This document shows, piece by piece, positions 62,737 to 64,000 of a DNA stretch of 64,000 nucleotides; position 1 is the first letter of the stretch, and each line of letters opens with the position of its first letter. The stretch lies in the NCBI GenBank assembly GCA_965153285.1, contig OZ229112.1; one strand, written 5' to 3'. A program made the translations under genes and the position numbers. Under the pieces are notes generated by a model that saw only the letters and a program-made list of their open reading frames with translations, had not been told where the DNA came from and searched no databases. The stretch comes from Podarcis tiliguerta. Taxonomy: Eukaryota.

Positions 62737-64000
62737 TACTCAGTTGGTATTTGCAAGCTGGCGAGATGAGGCAAAAGAGGCTATATTAACTGCCTTAAAG
62801 GAGATGGTAGTAGTAGTATACCCCATGGTGTCTGGCATGCAGAGAATCTGGGCAATCTAGATTGGCTTTTGGTGGCAAGGAGATTATTCTACAGTCTAGT
62901 AGGATGAATTCTGGCAGATGTGGGGGAGGGGTGAAATTAAAGGTGGCATGTGCATCTTGGTGTTCTGAGTTTACATGTGGAAGTCTTCCCTGCAAGCTGA
63001 AATTGGAAGGGTGGGGAGAGAGAATCTGCACTCAGATTACTCCTCCCCTGCCAGCAGTGTTGGGGATGCATTTCTGTAGAAGTGCTTGCATGAGACTTAA
63101 GAAAGATGCTTCCTGGCAAACATTTGCTTCTTCTGTGGATACCCCTCCGCTTGGGATAGAGGTGAAGAGAGGAGAAAGACACAGTCAGTCTCACTACATT
63201 TGCCCCACAAAGCAAGTGCTGTAGATAGGGCTGATTGCTTTCCCCTTTTGTTTCTTTCTGGTGAAGTGCAGGGAGGAGTGCAGATCTGTAAGGGAGAGCA
63301 TGCATTTTTGCCCACCAGGCAGCAGTCTAGAGAATATTATCATAAGATCGAGAGAAGCCATAATGGAAGGGGATGGTGCACATTTAAGCCAGTAGTGCAT
63401 TCAATGTACAGCAGTATTTCAGAAAAGAATTATAACTCATACAGTGATGTACGTTTTTAATGGTAATACTTAGTTAAGTTTAATAAGATAATGTGATGCA
63501 TAATTATTCAGATCTACTTTGGAAAAGCAGCACAGATTATTTTGCATATGTGGCCCAGTCACAAAGTCAGTATGCAGGAAATAAGGAGGTACTGACAACA
63601 TGTTTATGGAACTTGTCCTTGATTGTCTAGTGCCTTTAAAGCCGGACTAAATCAGGGAGGTGGAATGAATGTAGCTGCCACCAAATGTCATGGAACGATG
63701 GTTTGCAATTTAACGCTTGTGACCTGTCATTTTTCTCACTATTCTTTTAGGACAAAGTGGAGGTCATAGTAGGCTGGTAGTGGATCCACATTGGGTGGAG
63801 TGGAGTGCAACTACCGAGGGAGCTTTGATTCAGTGTTCCTCTCTGCTAAAAAAAGGGGTGTGGAGGCAAGTTTTGCTGATTCCCCCCCTTGCATTCCACC
63901 TTGCTCCAATCTCCAATCATTTCCCTTTCTGTTAACAGAGACCTTTGCTAGACGTAACCATTTAGGCCCCCTATCTGTTGCTGCTTAGGAATTTGTGTGG

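Larger units (their letters stand above)
53360..64000 (+). other. AKIRIN2: AKIRIN2 intron 1 (continues beyond the window)
   Basis: GT donor at 53360; no sequence encoding the expected exon 2 (EQILYNIKQEYKR-like) found by eye. Confidence 0.75.

Noticed and set aside
63725-63790. Possible splice acceptor (pyrimidine tract + TTTTAG at ~63750) as AKIRIN2 exon 2
   Set aside because: The downstream sequence does not translate to the expected Akirin-2 exon 2 peptide

Overview
This is eukaryotic vertebrate genomic DNA. The repeat content (Sauria SINEs, Bov-B, CR1, L2, hAT and Tc1/mariner MITEs) points to a squamate reptile, probably a lacertid lizard. The only host gene I can support is the 5' end of AKIRIN2 on the + strand: a CpG-island promoter (~52.4-54.2 kb), coding exon 1 (53152-53359) and the first ~10.6 kb of intron 1. 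Exon 2 is not in the window. The upstream ~52 kb has no recognisable host exon. It is a mosaic of transposable elements, many with readable TSDs/TIRs and several nested, separated by TE-free stretches that look like conserved non-coding elements. The most notable observation is a 1.1-kb non-autonomous Tc1/mariner-type element (14970-16066) whose interior is an array of palindromes centred on perfect NF-kB sites (GGGAATTCCC), ~37 kb upstream of the NF-kB co-factor gene AKIRIN2. Also notable are two different tRNA heads on the same CR1 tail, a compact solo LTR with a full promoter motif set, and a fossil hAT transposase. Family names come from recognition, not database searches.
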